A stretch of 64,000 nt of DNA, taken from NCBI GenBank assembly GCA_019314375.1, contig JAFCZJ010000005.1:6910-70909 (forward strand). The letters are read 5' to 3'. Within the stretch, counting starts at the first letter, position 1. Every line of letters begins with the position of its first letter. This stretch comes from Deltaproteobacteria bacterium. Its GTDB lineage: Bacteria; Myxococcota; B64-G9. The position numbers were made by a program, and so were the translations under genes. Shown here piece after piece: positions 26,677 to 35,945 of this stretch. The notes below the pieces were generated by a model. That model was not told the DNA's origin. It saw only the letters and a list, made by a program, of their open reading frames with translations, and ran no database searches.

Positions 26677-28278
26677 TTAGTTCGCATCCGGGATTGAGTC
26701 CCAAATGGGCAGGACTTCCAAACGAAGGCTGAGTTGTTCCTCGGGCATCGAACTGGGCGCCTGAATCAGCCAAACCTCCACACCCCGCTGGAAATAGATT
26801 TCCTGCATCCTTCCCCTAGCCGCCCCTTTAAGCCACCAGGCCTGAACGTCTCCAATTTCTTTCAGGATAACCCCCATATCATAATTGACTTTTTTCTTTC
26901 GAAGTTCGGTCTGGATATGCACCTGGCGGGGGTTCACCCAGGCTTGCTCAAAAGCCTGGGTCGCCCTGGCCTCGTCGCCCAGATCAACCCATGTCATTTG
27001 CCAGGCCTGACCGCTCTTGCTGTTGCGGTATCCGACTGAATGCACATCATTATTTTCCTTTTGATGATTCATCCATGGCTGATTTCGGTGCTTTCGATAA
27101 CGATGACTCAGTGGCTGGCTCCCGAGTGAGCGCAGTTCTTCTCCTTCCGCGATGGCTTCTGGCAGTTTGGACCAGAAAGAGGCCATCCGAAGGTCGTAGG
27201 TCAGACCCGTGGGTTCGGCAAGGCTGTCGACAGTGATAAGCCTTTCGAGCAAGTCCGAGTCATTAAAGATCATCATCCAGAGACGCTTGCCATCCGGCCC
27301 AAGGCACATCCAGGCTGTCATCGAGCCGCCTTCCTTGATTGCCCGGTGTTTTGATCCCAAGTGGATGTGTTCGACAACCCAGAGTTTCATCTTGCCCCAA
27401 GGCATGAGCCTGCTTGCATGTACCGGCAACTCTTTGAGCACCAGCGGCGCTTTGGGCTTTTTGATGGGCACCTTTTTCCGGCGGCGCTTTGTCCTGCGTT
27501 TACTCCTGCGTTTGCGTTTGCGCTTGCGTTTGCGCTTGTGCTTGAGCTTGGCTTTCGCTTCGGCTTCCAGTGCCTCTTCTGATATGGGCTCTACCACGAA
27601 TTTCAGCAACCAATTATAGGCCGATTTGATCTGCTCGGGGGAGGCTGGCTCCTCGAATCGACCAGCAAGCCAAAGGACCTGTCCATCACCTTCGCCATCA
27701 GTGTTGTATTGTGCCTCGGCGGTGCCGGCAAAACCCAACTTGCCAAAACCCTTCGACAGACGGGGCGGGGACAGGCGCCCAGGGGGCACGGGTATGCCCC
27801 TCAATCCTTTCGGATCTTCTGTGATCAAAAATCGATGCAAGCGATCCTGGCCCGGGGTTGGCAGGAGGCGGGCCATGTTTTCGATGGCCTCCAGCCCTTC
27901 TGGACTTGTTGCTGAGGCACTCTTCTCTTCATCGAGAAGAGTATAAGCACGGAAGTCCAGTACCTCGAGTCGATTCCCCAGACCCCCGCTAAGTTGTTTG
28001 CTCCGGGAACGCGCTTCTCCTTTCGAGGAAAAGCCACAGAGCGTCACCCGATGCAATACCCCCTGCCCCTTCTTGCTCAGACTCAAGGCAATCGCTCGCT
28101 CAAATTGCTTGCCTTGGTTCTGATATTGCTCTGCTCGCTTGGCCGCAACCGCCGCTGAAGGACTCCTCTCCAGCACGATGAAGTAGGGCGATTTCTCATC
28201 CGGACCTGATTTTTGGCAGGCCATCAACAGGCCGGTGATGCATAGCGTGATGGCCAGGCCCATTGCCGCACGGGCCAT
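26677..28278 (-). CDS. Hypothetical lipoprotein with SPOR-like N-terminal region and Lys/Arg tract
   Basis: LLMAC lipobox; HRVTLCGFSSKGEAR is SPOR-like; central KHKRKRKRKRKRRSKRR. Confidence 0.65.
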   Translation of the reverse strand: MARAAMGLAITLCITGLLMACQKSGPDEKSPYFIVLERSPSAAVAAKRAEQYQNQGKQFERAIALSLSKKGQGVLHRVTLCGFSSKGEARSRSKQLSGGLGNRLEVLDFRAYTLLDEEKSASATSPEGLEAIENMARLLPTPGQDRLHRFLITEDPKGLRGIPVPPGRLSPPRLSKGFGKLGFAGTAEAQYNTDGEGDGQVLWLAGRFEEPASPEQIKSAYNWLLKFVVEPISEEALEAEAKAKLKHKRKRKRKRKRRSKRRTKRRRKKVPIKKPKAPLVLKELPVHASRLMPWGKMKLWVVEHIHLGSKHRAIKEGGSMTAWMCLGPDGKRLWMMIFNDSDLLERLITVDSLAEPTGLTYDLRMASFWSKLPEAIAEGEELRSLGSQPLSHRYRKHRNQPWMNHQKENNDVHSVGYRNSKSGQAWQMTWVDLGDEARATQAFEQAWVNPRQVHIQTELRKKKVNYDMGVILKEIGDVQAWWLKGAARGRMQEIYFQRGVEVWLIQAPSSMPEEQLSLRLEVLPIWDSIPDAN

Positions 28279-28280
28279 GC

Positions 28281-29087
28281 TTACCTCCCCTGCAGGCTGT
28301 CGATGAGAGCGGCGACCTTGTCCAAGTCTTGATAGTATTTGCTGAGCACGGAATGCTTGATTTTTTTGTCGTAGAGATCTTCCCCGACATCGGCCAGCAC
28401 GTCTTTTAGATGCATCTGGCTTCGCTTGATATCGGATTCTTTCTCCAGCATTTGTTTCTCAAGTTCCTCCCGCAAACTGCCTGAATCCTTCGCGCCTTTA
28501 CTCTTCTCTTCGTATTCGGCAATCTGCTTTTTCAGTTCCTCTACATCTTTGTCCAGTTGCTTGGCTGGATTTTCGTATTGCTTGATTTCTTTTTTCATAT
28601 TCCGCAAGGCCTTCTTGCGCTTAAGTATCTCGATTTTGATGCGCTTGACATTTGTCTGGTAATCATTGGCCTTGTCGAATTCTTCTCGCTCTTTATAGCG
28701 TTTCACTTTGTCCATCTCATCGCGCAAGCCCTTCTCCACGAATTTGATATCGTATTCGGCACCCGCGAGTTTGGACCGCAATGGGCTGGCTTTGCCCTTC
28801 TTGGCATCCCGCTTCCCCGTTTTGATGCGCAATTCTTCTTTGATTTGGGCCATCTCTTCTTCCTGGTTTTCCTTGGCCTGCCCCGTGTCTTCAATCGTCC
28901 GTTTGATTTCCGATTCCAGCATTTCCAATTCAAACTTGCGATCGCCAAGGGCTTCTTTGGCGCGAAGGTACTTTTTGTGAATTGTCGGATCCGCCTTGTC
29001 GAGTTCGTCGACCATCTCCGCGCGGGTTCCCAATTCTCTAAGAAGTCTTTCGTAGGCGATCTGGGCTTTTTCGAGTTTGGTGGCCAT
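28281..29087 (-). CDS. Coiled-coil hypothetical protein
   Basis: K/E-rich heptad pattern; GGAGG RBS before MATKLE. Confidence 0.75.
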   Translation of the reverse strand: MATKLEKAQIAYERLLRELGTRAEMVDELDKADPTIHKKYLRAKEALGDRKFELEMLESEIKRTIEDTGQAKENQEEEMAQIKEELRIKTGKRDAKKGKASPLRSKLAGAEYDIKFVEKGLRDEMDKVKRYKEREEFDKANDYQTNVKRIKIEILKRKKALRNMKKEIKQYENPAKQLDKDVEELKKQIAEYEEKSKGAKDSGSLREELEKQMLEKESDIKRSQMHLKDVLADVGEDLYDKKIKHSVLSKYYQDLDKVAALIDSLQGR

Positions 29088-29113
29088 AAGGGACACCCTC
29101 CATGTCATTCGAC

Positions 29114-30625
29114 TTATTTAAAACTATCGGCAGTCCAGTCCTGGAAAACCTGGATCTCCATCTTCTTGCCGCTGGCTTCCCAGTCTGCAGGCAGGACCAT
29201 GCGTGAGTGGGGCGTGTATCCCTCCATGGTCATCACCAGTTCATATTCCTTTGCGGGGTTTATGTTGCGAATTCGCATGTTGGTCGTGCCTTGTTTCTGA
29301 TTGCCGAAATAAACGGCGGCACCACTGGGCCTGGACCGGATGTACAGAGTGCCCAGTTCTTTTTGCGCCAGGCGCTCGGCACTCTCGTCGACCACGTTGC
29401 CGATGGTAGAAAAGATCCTTGCGATCTCCTGGCGATAAATCAGCCCGCCGGCGACCAGCACCGTCAGTACCACCAAGGTGATCATCCACCTGATGCGTCG
29501 ACCGGCACGCATATAGCTGAAGTCGTCATCAAGTTCGCCGTCTTCCAGAAGCATCAAATTCTGGTCGGCGGATTGCTGGGCCGCGGCAAGAAGAGAGTCA
29601 GGAGCAACCGGCGCTTGGACCGATGCTGGGGGTTGAGCCATTTGGGGTTGTACAACAGGCGCAGGAGGTTCCGAGGCCCTTAATGCTATGCTCTCCTGAA
29701 TCTCCTCGGCGAATACCTTTTTCATATACAGAGACAAGGTCTGGGATGAAGGCACATCGCGCAGGCTGAACAGCAAGCGTGACAATTCCGTACGCATTTC
29801 CCCGGCTGTCTGGAAGCGAGCAGCCGGGTCCCGAGCCAGGGCTTTGAAAAGAATGGCGTCCAGCCGCGGGGGCAAGGCCGGGTTGACCGAGCTGGGGGTG
29901 GGCACGTCCGCCCGCTTGACCCGGTCGATGACCACCGCGTCATTTTCAGCAAAGAAGAGCCGCTCCAGGGTCAACATTTCATAAAGGAGAATGCCGACCG
30001 CGAAGATGTCACTACGGGCATCAACAGCTTCGCCGCAGGCTTGTTCCGGGGACATGTACCCAAACTTGCCCTTGATCACCCCGGCCCGGGTTTCGTGTAC
30101 TTTGGTCGCTGCTCGGGCAATACCAAAGTCCACCACCTTCACCTCACCCTCATAAGAGATGAGGATGTTCTGTGGTGAGACATCACGATGGACAATGCCC
30201 ACTGGCCGGCCGGCATCGTCGGTCTTTCGGTGTGCATAATCCAAACCAGCAAGCATTTCCGAGGCGACATAAAGGCCATGGGGTATCGACAAGGGCACAT
30301 TCAGTTCGATGGTTTGGTCTAAGACTTCACCCAAGTTTTTGCCATCGATCCAGTCCATGGCGATGAAGTAAATGCCGTCGATTTGGCCCAACTCGAATAC
30401 CGGGACGATGTTGCCGTGGTTCAAAGAAACCGTGATCTTGGCTTCGTCGATGAACATCTGGATGAACTCGCGTTGCTTGGCGTATTGGGGAAGGATCTGC
30501 TTGACCACCAGGTTCTTTTCAAAACCATCTACGCCATGCATTTTGGCCCGAAAAATCTCGGCCATACCGCCGACTGCCACTCGCTCGTGGAGTATGTATT
30601 TACCAAAAGGCTGGGGGTTTTGCAT
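29114..30625 (-). CDS. Membrane Ser/Thr protein kinase with C-terminal PEGA-like domain
   Basis: GGMAEIF, VVKQI, HRDVSPQN, DFG, YMSPE, TM, SRPSGAAVY. Confidence 0.93.
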   Translation of the reverse strand: MQNPQPFGKYILHERVAVGGMAEIFRAKMHGVDGFEKNLVVKQILPQYAKQREFIQMFIDEAKITVSLNHGNIVPVFELGQIDGIYFIAMDWIDGKNLGEVLDQTIELNVPLSIPHGLYVASEMLAGLDYAHRKTDDAGRPVGIVHRDVSPQNILISYEGEVKVVDFGIARAATKVHETRAGVIKGKFGYMSPEQACGEAVDARSDIFAVGILLYEMLTLERLFFAENDAVVIDRVKRADVPTPSSVNPALPPRLDAILFKALARDPAARFQTAGEMRTELSRLLFSLRDVPSSQTLSLYMKKVFAEEIQESIALRASEPPAPVVQPQMAQPPASVQAPVAPDSLLAAAQQSADQNLMLLEDGELDDDFSYMRAGRRIRWMITLVVLTVLVAGGLIYRQEIARIFSTIGNVVDESAERLAQKELGTLYIRSRPSGAAVYFGNQKQGTTNMRIRNINPAKEYELVMTMEGYTPHSRMVLPADWEASGKKMEIQVFQDWTADSFK

Positions 30626-30774
30626 CGACGGCTGCACCTCTTTCGCAGTGTCAAAACGGCTTGAAAGATAACAGGCACAGGTGTGGGCCGTCAAGCGCAT
30701 CTGCTGCTAAGCAGGTCAGATTCTTGCACTTTGCCCCCCTTCAGACTACGATTAATTGACGGGAAGTGAAAGAC

Positions 30775-31785
30775 ATGAGCAGCGGGCCCAAGAAACCCCG
30801 ATACATCGTGCCCAGAAAAACTGGGAAGAAGCGGAAGCCCACCGATTCTACCCGCATGGCGCCCAATCCAGGCAAACCGCAGGCTCTCCCCACGATCGAA
30901 GATGATTTTGATCTGGATATCGACATCACGGATTGGGGAAATGCGCCACCTCCTCCCCTGGCCGAAGCCGATCCCGAGCAGGTTCCGGACGTCTCTGATT
31001 TTTTCGGAGATGAGGACGAAGCGACCGTGGAGCTCTCCGCTTTCCAGGACCAGCAAGCGAGCGAGCGGGGCACCCGGGCTGAGCCCGTGCGTAAACCCGG
31101 GCCGAAAGCCAGAAGCGAGCCGGAAGAGTATCAACTTGAAGCCCCCCTTCAATCAGAAGACCTCCAGCCCTTGTACCGGCCGGCCATCGGCGCGGAAGGA
31201 GTCATCGCCGAACCCGTCGAGACCCTGTCCACACCGGATATGTCCGATCGCTCGGCGCCCAAAGGGGGGCGGCTGAAACGGGGCGGTCTTTTTGATGATC
31301 TTTCTGAAGAGAAGTCCATGAAGACCGTGTCGGTGGCCCCAGCACCGAAAAGGCCACCCAATCCCCAAACCACGCCACCGCCGGTGAAGCTTTCTTCCAA
31401 GAAACCGAAGCGCAAGGGTCGTTTCAGCACTGGACTAACAGCCGGCATGCAGCCTCTGGACCTGAGTCGCTTCGGCGGCGGGTCCTTGCCTGAAAAGAAC
31501 CAACAAAAGATCACCCCACGCAGCTTCGACGATCGACCTGATGATCTTCTTCCCATGGCTCATGCCAGGCGGGTTCGACGTCGACGCATCGGTCTGCAAG
31601 AGGTCTTGCTGCTGTTTTTGATCCTCATGCTGGGTCTGGGCGTATGGGTGGGCTACAAGATCTACCGCAGCCACCAATTCGAAAAAGAGGCAGCGGCCAT
31701 GGATGTAAGTCGAGAGCAGTTTCAAAAATTGAAAGATGACGTCATCAAAAGCAACAAGCCAAAAAAAGAAATGGATGCGCCATAG
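30775..31785 (+). CDS. Pro-rich disordered protein with C-terminal TM
   Basis: Low-complexity P/K/D-rich ORF followed by VLLLFLILMLGLGVWVGY. Confidence 0.7.
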   Translation: MSSGPKKPRYIVPRKTGKKRKPTDSTRMAPNPGKPQALPTIEDDFDLDIDITDWGNAPPPPLAEADPEQVPDVSDFFGDEDEATVELSAFQDQQASERGTRAEPVRKPGPKARSEPEEYQLEAPLQSEDLQPLYRPAIGAEGVIAEPVETLSTPDMSDRSAPKGGRLKRGGLFDDLSEEKSMKTVSVAPAPKRPPNPQTTPPPVKLSSKKPKRKGRFSTGLTAGMQPLDLSRFGGGSLPEKNQQKITPRSFDDRPDDLLPMAHARRVRRRRIGLQEVLLLFLILMLGLGVWVGYKIYRSHQFEKEAAAMDVSREQFQKLKDDVIKSNKPKKEMDAP

Positions 31786-31802
31786 TATCCACTACAAAAA
31801 GA

Positions 31803-33236
31803 TTATGGTGCCGACTTGAGCTTGCTGGTGACACTGTAGGCCCAAACCGCGCCCATCAGACCCCCCAGTGTTCGACTGACCAGTGGTCCTCCACTACCAA
31901 ACAGCCCGAAGAAAAAACCACCCAAGATCGCGCCAAGCAGCCTTCCGCTTGATGAACCGATGCCGTAAGCCCAGGCGCTGCTCAGTGCGGCCTTCCAAGG
32001 CTTTGCCGCGCCGATGACCTTGGCCTGTTTGCGCCGCAGCAAGATCCATTCCGCCAGGCCCAGTAGCAAGGCTGCAATCGGAATCGCCAGGAAAGGCATG
32101 AAGGGATGCAGCAAGCCTTCGAACAACCAGGCAAGGGTCAAAGGGCCTCGGGCCAGGTTTTTCAGACCCCCGGTGTGCAAAGCAAGAAAGCTGCCCAAGG
32201 CTGCGCCGATATACATCCAGGAAAAGTAGCCCAAAGAAGCGCCCCAGAGTGCCGAACCCACCTCGCTACGCGCCAGCAAGTGGCCCAGGGCCGCGCCGGC
32301 AGAAGCCAAAATGGCCGTGTGTAACGACAGGCGCGCGGCGGCACTCCAGCGATTGTCTACGATTTCCGGCGCAGGTCCTTTCTTTTGCCGGCGCGGGCCG
32401 GCGGCAGCAAGCGCCGCGGCGACCACCAACAGGGCCCCCGACATGCGCAAGATCGAGCCCAGCGCAACCATGATGGTGTTTGCTTCATGGAAGGCCTGCA
32501 TCGCTGACAAAATTCCATAAGCCTCCATCGCCGCCACCATGCCGAAAACCATGCCGAGGGACCGGGGAATGCGCTGCCAGTTCGGGTCCAGCGGGAAGCG
32601 AACCCGACATGACTCCGCCCTGCCCGCGGCCTCTTGGAGAGCTGGTTCAAATGCCGTCCAGAGTCTGGCCACCAGAAACAAAACAACGAATGCCACCACC
32701 ATCTTGGGCAGCCATCCAGGCCCGCCCATCAGTTCGAAGGCCAAAAGGTCGACCATAAAAGTCATCAGAGCGATGCCGATGATGCAGGTCGTTACGGCCA
32801 GGCCACATAGCAATACGAAACGGCTTCGAGCAGAGCCAGCCGAAACCCGAAGGGACCCCGCACAAATATTTCCTTTGCAAGCGTCTACCAGAGCCCAGTT
32901 TCCTGTCCGGTCAGGCTCACCGAAGACCCAGAATGGAGCAAAGAGGATCTTGTCGCCGTTTTTGATTTCCAGGGCCTGCCCCTGGCGGGCTGGTGGTTCG
33001 CCGGAGCACGCTCTCTTGCGAACCGTCTGTGCCGGCATGGACAGCGTGGAAAGAAGTGGATGATCGTCTGAATCCAGTGCTGCTTTGCGTTGACTCAGGT
33101 TGAAAGGCACCCAAATGAGCTTGGCCTTTAATCCCTCAATCTCTTCGTCGAAAGCCTGGGCCCAGTCCAGCCGGAGCAGGCGCCTGCGGGCCGCATTCTC
33201 GGCCAGGGCCACGGGGCTGTGTAGAGAACTTGTCAC
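31803..33236 (-). CDS. Hypothetical polytopic membrane protein
   Basis: Multiple hydrophobic segments; GTGA overlap with the upstream gene. Confidence 0.65.
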   Translation of the reverse strand: MTSSLHSPVALAENAARRRLLRLDWAQAFDEEIEGLKAKLIWVPFNLSQRKAALDSDDHPLLSTLSMPAQTVRKRACSGEPPARQGQALEIKNGDKILFAPFWVFGEPDRTGNWALVDACKGNICAGSLRVSAGSARSRFVLLCGLAVTTCIIGIALMTFMVDLLAFELMGGPGWLPKMVVAFVVLFLVARLWTAFEPALQEAAGRAESCRVRFPLDPNWQRIPRSLGMVFGMVAAMEAYGILSAMQAFHEANTIMVALGSILRMSGALLVVAAALAAAGPRRQKKGPAPEIVDNRWSAAARLSLHTAILASAGAALGHLLARSEVGSALWGASLGYFSWMYIGAALGSFLALHTGGLKNLARGPLTLAWLFEGLLHPFMPFLAIPIAALLLGLAEWILLRRKQAKVIGAAKPWKAALSSAWAYGIGSSSGRLLGAILGGFFFGLFGSGGPLVSRTLGGLMGAVWAYSVTSKLKSAP

Positions 33237-33946
33237 TTGCCCATGCCGCCCAGCAGAATGCCGAAGCCATCACCGCCCATGCCGAAAAAGACCAGCGACC
33301 AAGCCACGGACAGGAAGATCAAAATAGACAGCATCGTACGCAGGACAGGGTTCTGCCGGAGCAAAGGAGTCCTTTTTAGCAAGTTCTTGAGTCCCAGAAC
33401 AAAACGATGCGCGGTGGCAGCAAGGGCCATGCCGGTCCAGCCTTTCCAGCGCCAGGCGGAGAAGAGCAAGCCCAGCAAAGCAAAGGCGGCAAACAACAAG
33501 GCCTCTTTCCACAGTGGCTGTATGATCAGATGCTCTGTTTTTTCGGACAGCATCAATCCGCGTTGCATGGCCATGACTTTTCTGTTGGCCTGCATGTGGC
33601 AAAAAACCGAGGCTGAATTGCTTTCATAAGAAGGATGCTCTTTCTGGCATCGTTTGATCAGGATCGCCAAGGTCGTCATGCGTTCATTGTACAATTGCTG
33701 GGTTGAGGCCTTGGGGTCCAGATCCGAGGACCTCAGAAACCTGTGCGGTCCGTACACCGGCAACGATTCCAGCTCTGCATGTCCACGAGGCGTCTTGGGC
33801 GGAAGCCTGCGCGCATAGTCACGCTGAACTTTCTCCCACATCGCATGAATCTTATCTTGTTCGGAGACCTGCCCCTGGCCGCAGGTGCACAGCAGTAACA
33901 GGCTGGCCAGCAGAAGAACCAATCTTCTCATCATGTAGGCAGTCAT
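33233..33946 (-). CDS. Hypothetical membrane protein/lipoprotein
   Basis: MMRRLVLLLASLLLLCTC signal and two C-terminal TMs; start 33946 or 33934. Confidence 0.6.
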   Translation of the reverse strand: MTAYMMRRLVLLLASLLLLCTCGQGQVSEQDKIHAMWEKVQRDYARRLPPKTPRGHAELESLPVYGPHRFLRSSDLDPKASTQQLYNERMTTLAILIKRCQKEHPSYESNSASVFCHMQANRKVMAMQRGLMLSEKTEHLIIQPLWKEALLFAAFALLGLLFSAWRWKGWTGMALAATAHRFVLGLKNLLKRTPLLRQNPVLRTMLSILIFLSVAWSLVFFGMGGDGFGILLGGMGK

Positions 33947-33977
33947 GAAGACATTCAATAACACAGATTCTGTTGCT

Positions 33978-35597
33978 TCACTCGAAGGAAATAAGACGAA
34001 GACCGTAGGGGGGCAATTCTTCCAGCATGTGCCTGGATCGTTCTGCCGGGAAGCTGAGTTCCCTGTCGTCAAACAGGTCCCTGCCTTTCAGGACCTCTCC
34101 CGTCCGTCCCACCCCGCTCAAATCAACGGTGCTTGTTTTTTCGGTTTCAGAGAAGTTAAGCAACACGAGAATCGATCCGGCTCCTCGCCCGCGCAACATG
34201 GCATAGACTGCGCTTTGATCCGTCGTCAGCATGACCCGCTCATCCGAGCGCATTGCCGGCCATTGTCGGCGCAAGGCGATCATCCTTCGGGTCAGGTTCA
34301 ACAAACTGTCCGGATTCGCGGCCTGGGTTTCTACGTTGACGGTCGCCGAATCCTCCGCCGGCGCAGTCCAGGGCTCGACCGAGGAGAAGCCCGCCCCCGG
34401 GCCAGCTTGCCAGGCCATGGGGGCTCGTCGACAGACATCGCCCTGGCAGCTTAAGGCATTGGCCATGCCGAGCTCTTCTCCGTAATACAGGAAGGGCGTC
34501 CCCGGCAGACTGAGCAGGAGCGCCATGGCGGGCCGCAATGGGCCTGTCGCTCCATTCAGGGAAGTGCGCAGTCTGTCCATGTCGTGGTTGGTCAGAAAAG
34601 GTGCGTCGAAACCTCTTTTAGAAAAGCCCTGTTCTGTCCGGCGCAGGCAGCGTTCGATTTCCAAAGGCTCCTCGGCCATCAGGGCGATGGGGATTACCTG
34701 GGCCAAGTCGAAATTGAAGGCCAGATCAAACTCGTCGTTGTCGCCAGCGTATGTGGCCACGATTTCGGTTGTGGTCCAGGCTTCTGCCAACCACAGTCCG
34801 TCCTCGTCCACCTCGCGCAAATGTCTCTTGAGATCCTTGGCCAGGGCATGGGTGGCATGCGTGTCTGCCTGTTCTCCGCTCTCTTCCTCGATGAGGTAGC
34901 GAGCGGCGTCCACCCTGAAACCATCCACGCCCTGTTCGGACCAAAAGTGCATGGCCTCGATCATGGCCTTGACCGTAAGCGGTTGGCGCAGGTTGAGATC
35001 CGGCATGCCGGACCAAAACAAGCCGTAGTAGTAGTGCTCAGCCTGCGGATGCCAAACAGGGCCACCACCCCAGGGTCGGGTCCAACCTGGATCCGAATCT
35101 CGCCAGATGTACCAGTCCCGCTTTGACTCGTCCGCAAACCAAGGATGCGCGATGGAACTGTGGTTCAAGACCCAGTCGATGATTACCCTCATGCCTCGTT
35201 GATGCGCTTCTTTGCAAAGTCTTTTGAAATCTTCCAGGCTTCCATATTGCGGATTGATGGCCTGGTAGTCGGTCACGTCATAGCCGTGGTATGAGGGCGA
35301 GGGATGGATGGGCATCAGGTAAAGCAGATTCACCTCAAGGTCGGTCCCGCCGGCCTTTCCGTCGTTCAAATAGTCCAGCTTGGAAATGAGCCCATTCAGG
35401 TCGCCGATGCCATCGCCATTCGAATCGGCGAAGGAACGAACGAAAATCTGGTATCCCACCGCATCCCGGGTCCAGTCCGGAGAAGACAGGTCCACCCTGC
35501 TGCCTGATCTTGGCTGGCAGGTCATGCCCATGGACAACAAAGCGAAAACCAAAGCGAGCAGAAGTACAGAATATCGCCTTTTGCGGGCTGATTTCAT
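33978..35597 (-). CDS. GH13 alpha-amylase family protein, exported or lipoprotein
   Basis: FADSNGDGIGD, YHGYDVTDY, DWVLNH, GFRVDAA, AEAW, FLTNHD, YYGEELG. Confidence 0.93.
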   Translation of the reverse strand: MKSARKRRYSVLLLALVFALLSMGMTCQPRSGSRVDLSSPDWTRDAVGYQIFVRSFADSNGDGIGDLNGLISKLDYLNDGKAGGTDLEVNLLYLMPIHPSPSYHGYDVTDYQAINPQYGSLEDFKRLCKEAHQRGMRVIIDWVLNHSSIAHPWFADESKRDWYIWRDSDPGWTRPWGGGPVWHPQAEHYYYGLFWSGMPDLNLRQPLTVKAMIEAMHFWSEQGVDGFRVDAARYLIEEESGEQADTHATHALAKDLKRHLREVDEDGLWLAEAWTTTEIVATYAGDNDEFDLAFNFDLAQVIPIALMAEEPLEIERCLRRTEQGFSKRGFDAPFLTNHDMDRLRTSLNGATGPLRPAMALLLSLPGTPFLYYGEELGMANALSCQGDVCRRAPMAWQAGPGAGFSSVEPWTAPAEDSATVNVETQAANPDSLLNLTRRMIALRRQWPAMRSDERVMLTTDQSAVYAMLRGRGAGSILVLLNFSETEKTSTVDLSGVGRTGEVLKGRDLFDDRELSFPAERSRHMLEELPPYGLRLISFE

Positions 35598-35642
35598 GTC
35601 GATGGCAATCTGGAACTTGGGTCCTGCCTGCCGCGGGCAGAA

Positions 35643-35798
35643 TCAGGTCACTTGTTCCCAATCCTTGACGAGTTGCTTCATCGCGGCTTTCGTGGGGGGC
35701 TTCTTCTGGTTCTGCGTGCTGGTGGTACGGCGTTTGCTGGTGGTCGATTTCGTTTTGCGGGTTCCGTTTCCGCCCTTGCCGGCTTTCGCGTCAGCCAT
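35643..35798 (-). CDS. Small basic protein (51 aa), not in ORF track
   Basis: MADAKAGKGGNGTRKTKSTTSKRRTTSTQNQKKPPTKAAMKQLVKDWEQVT preceded by AGGAGGT. Confidence 0.65.
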   Translation of the reverse strand: MADAKAGKGGNGTRKTKSTTSKRRTTSTQNQKKPPTKAAMKQLVKDWEQVT

Positions 35799-35945
35799 AT
35801 TAAGAACACCTCCTGAGATAAGTTACCGCAGTCTTTTACTTGTTTTCGGCCAGCCATGAACACGAATAGTCGCGATCGTGGCGCAGAAGATCGAAAATAA
35901 TGATTATCGAGGCATCTGTCAAGTGGAGCGAGGGAAAACAGGTAC

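Noticed and set aside
26398-26680. Remaining S10 operon genes or an rpsJ remnant
   Set aside because: No ribosomal protein sequence is recognisable on either side of rplC.
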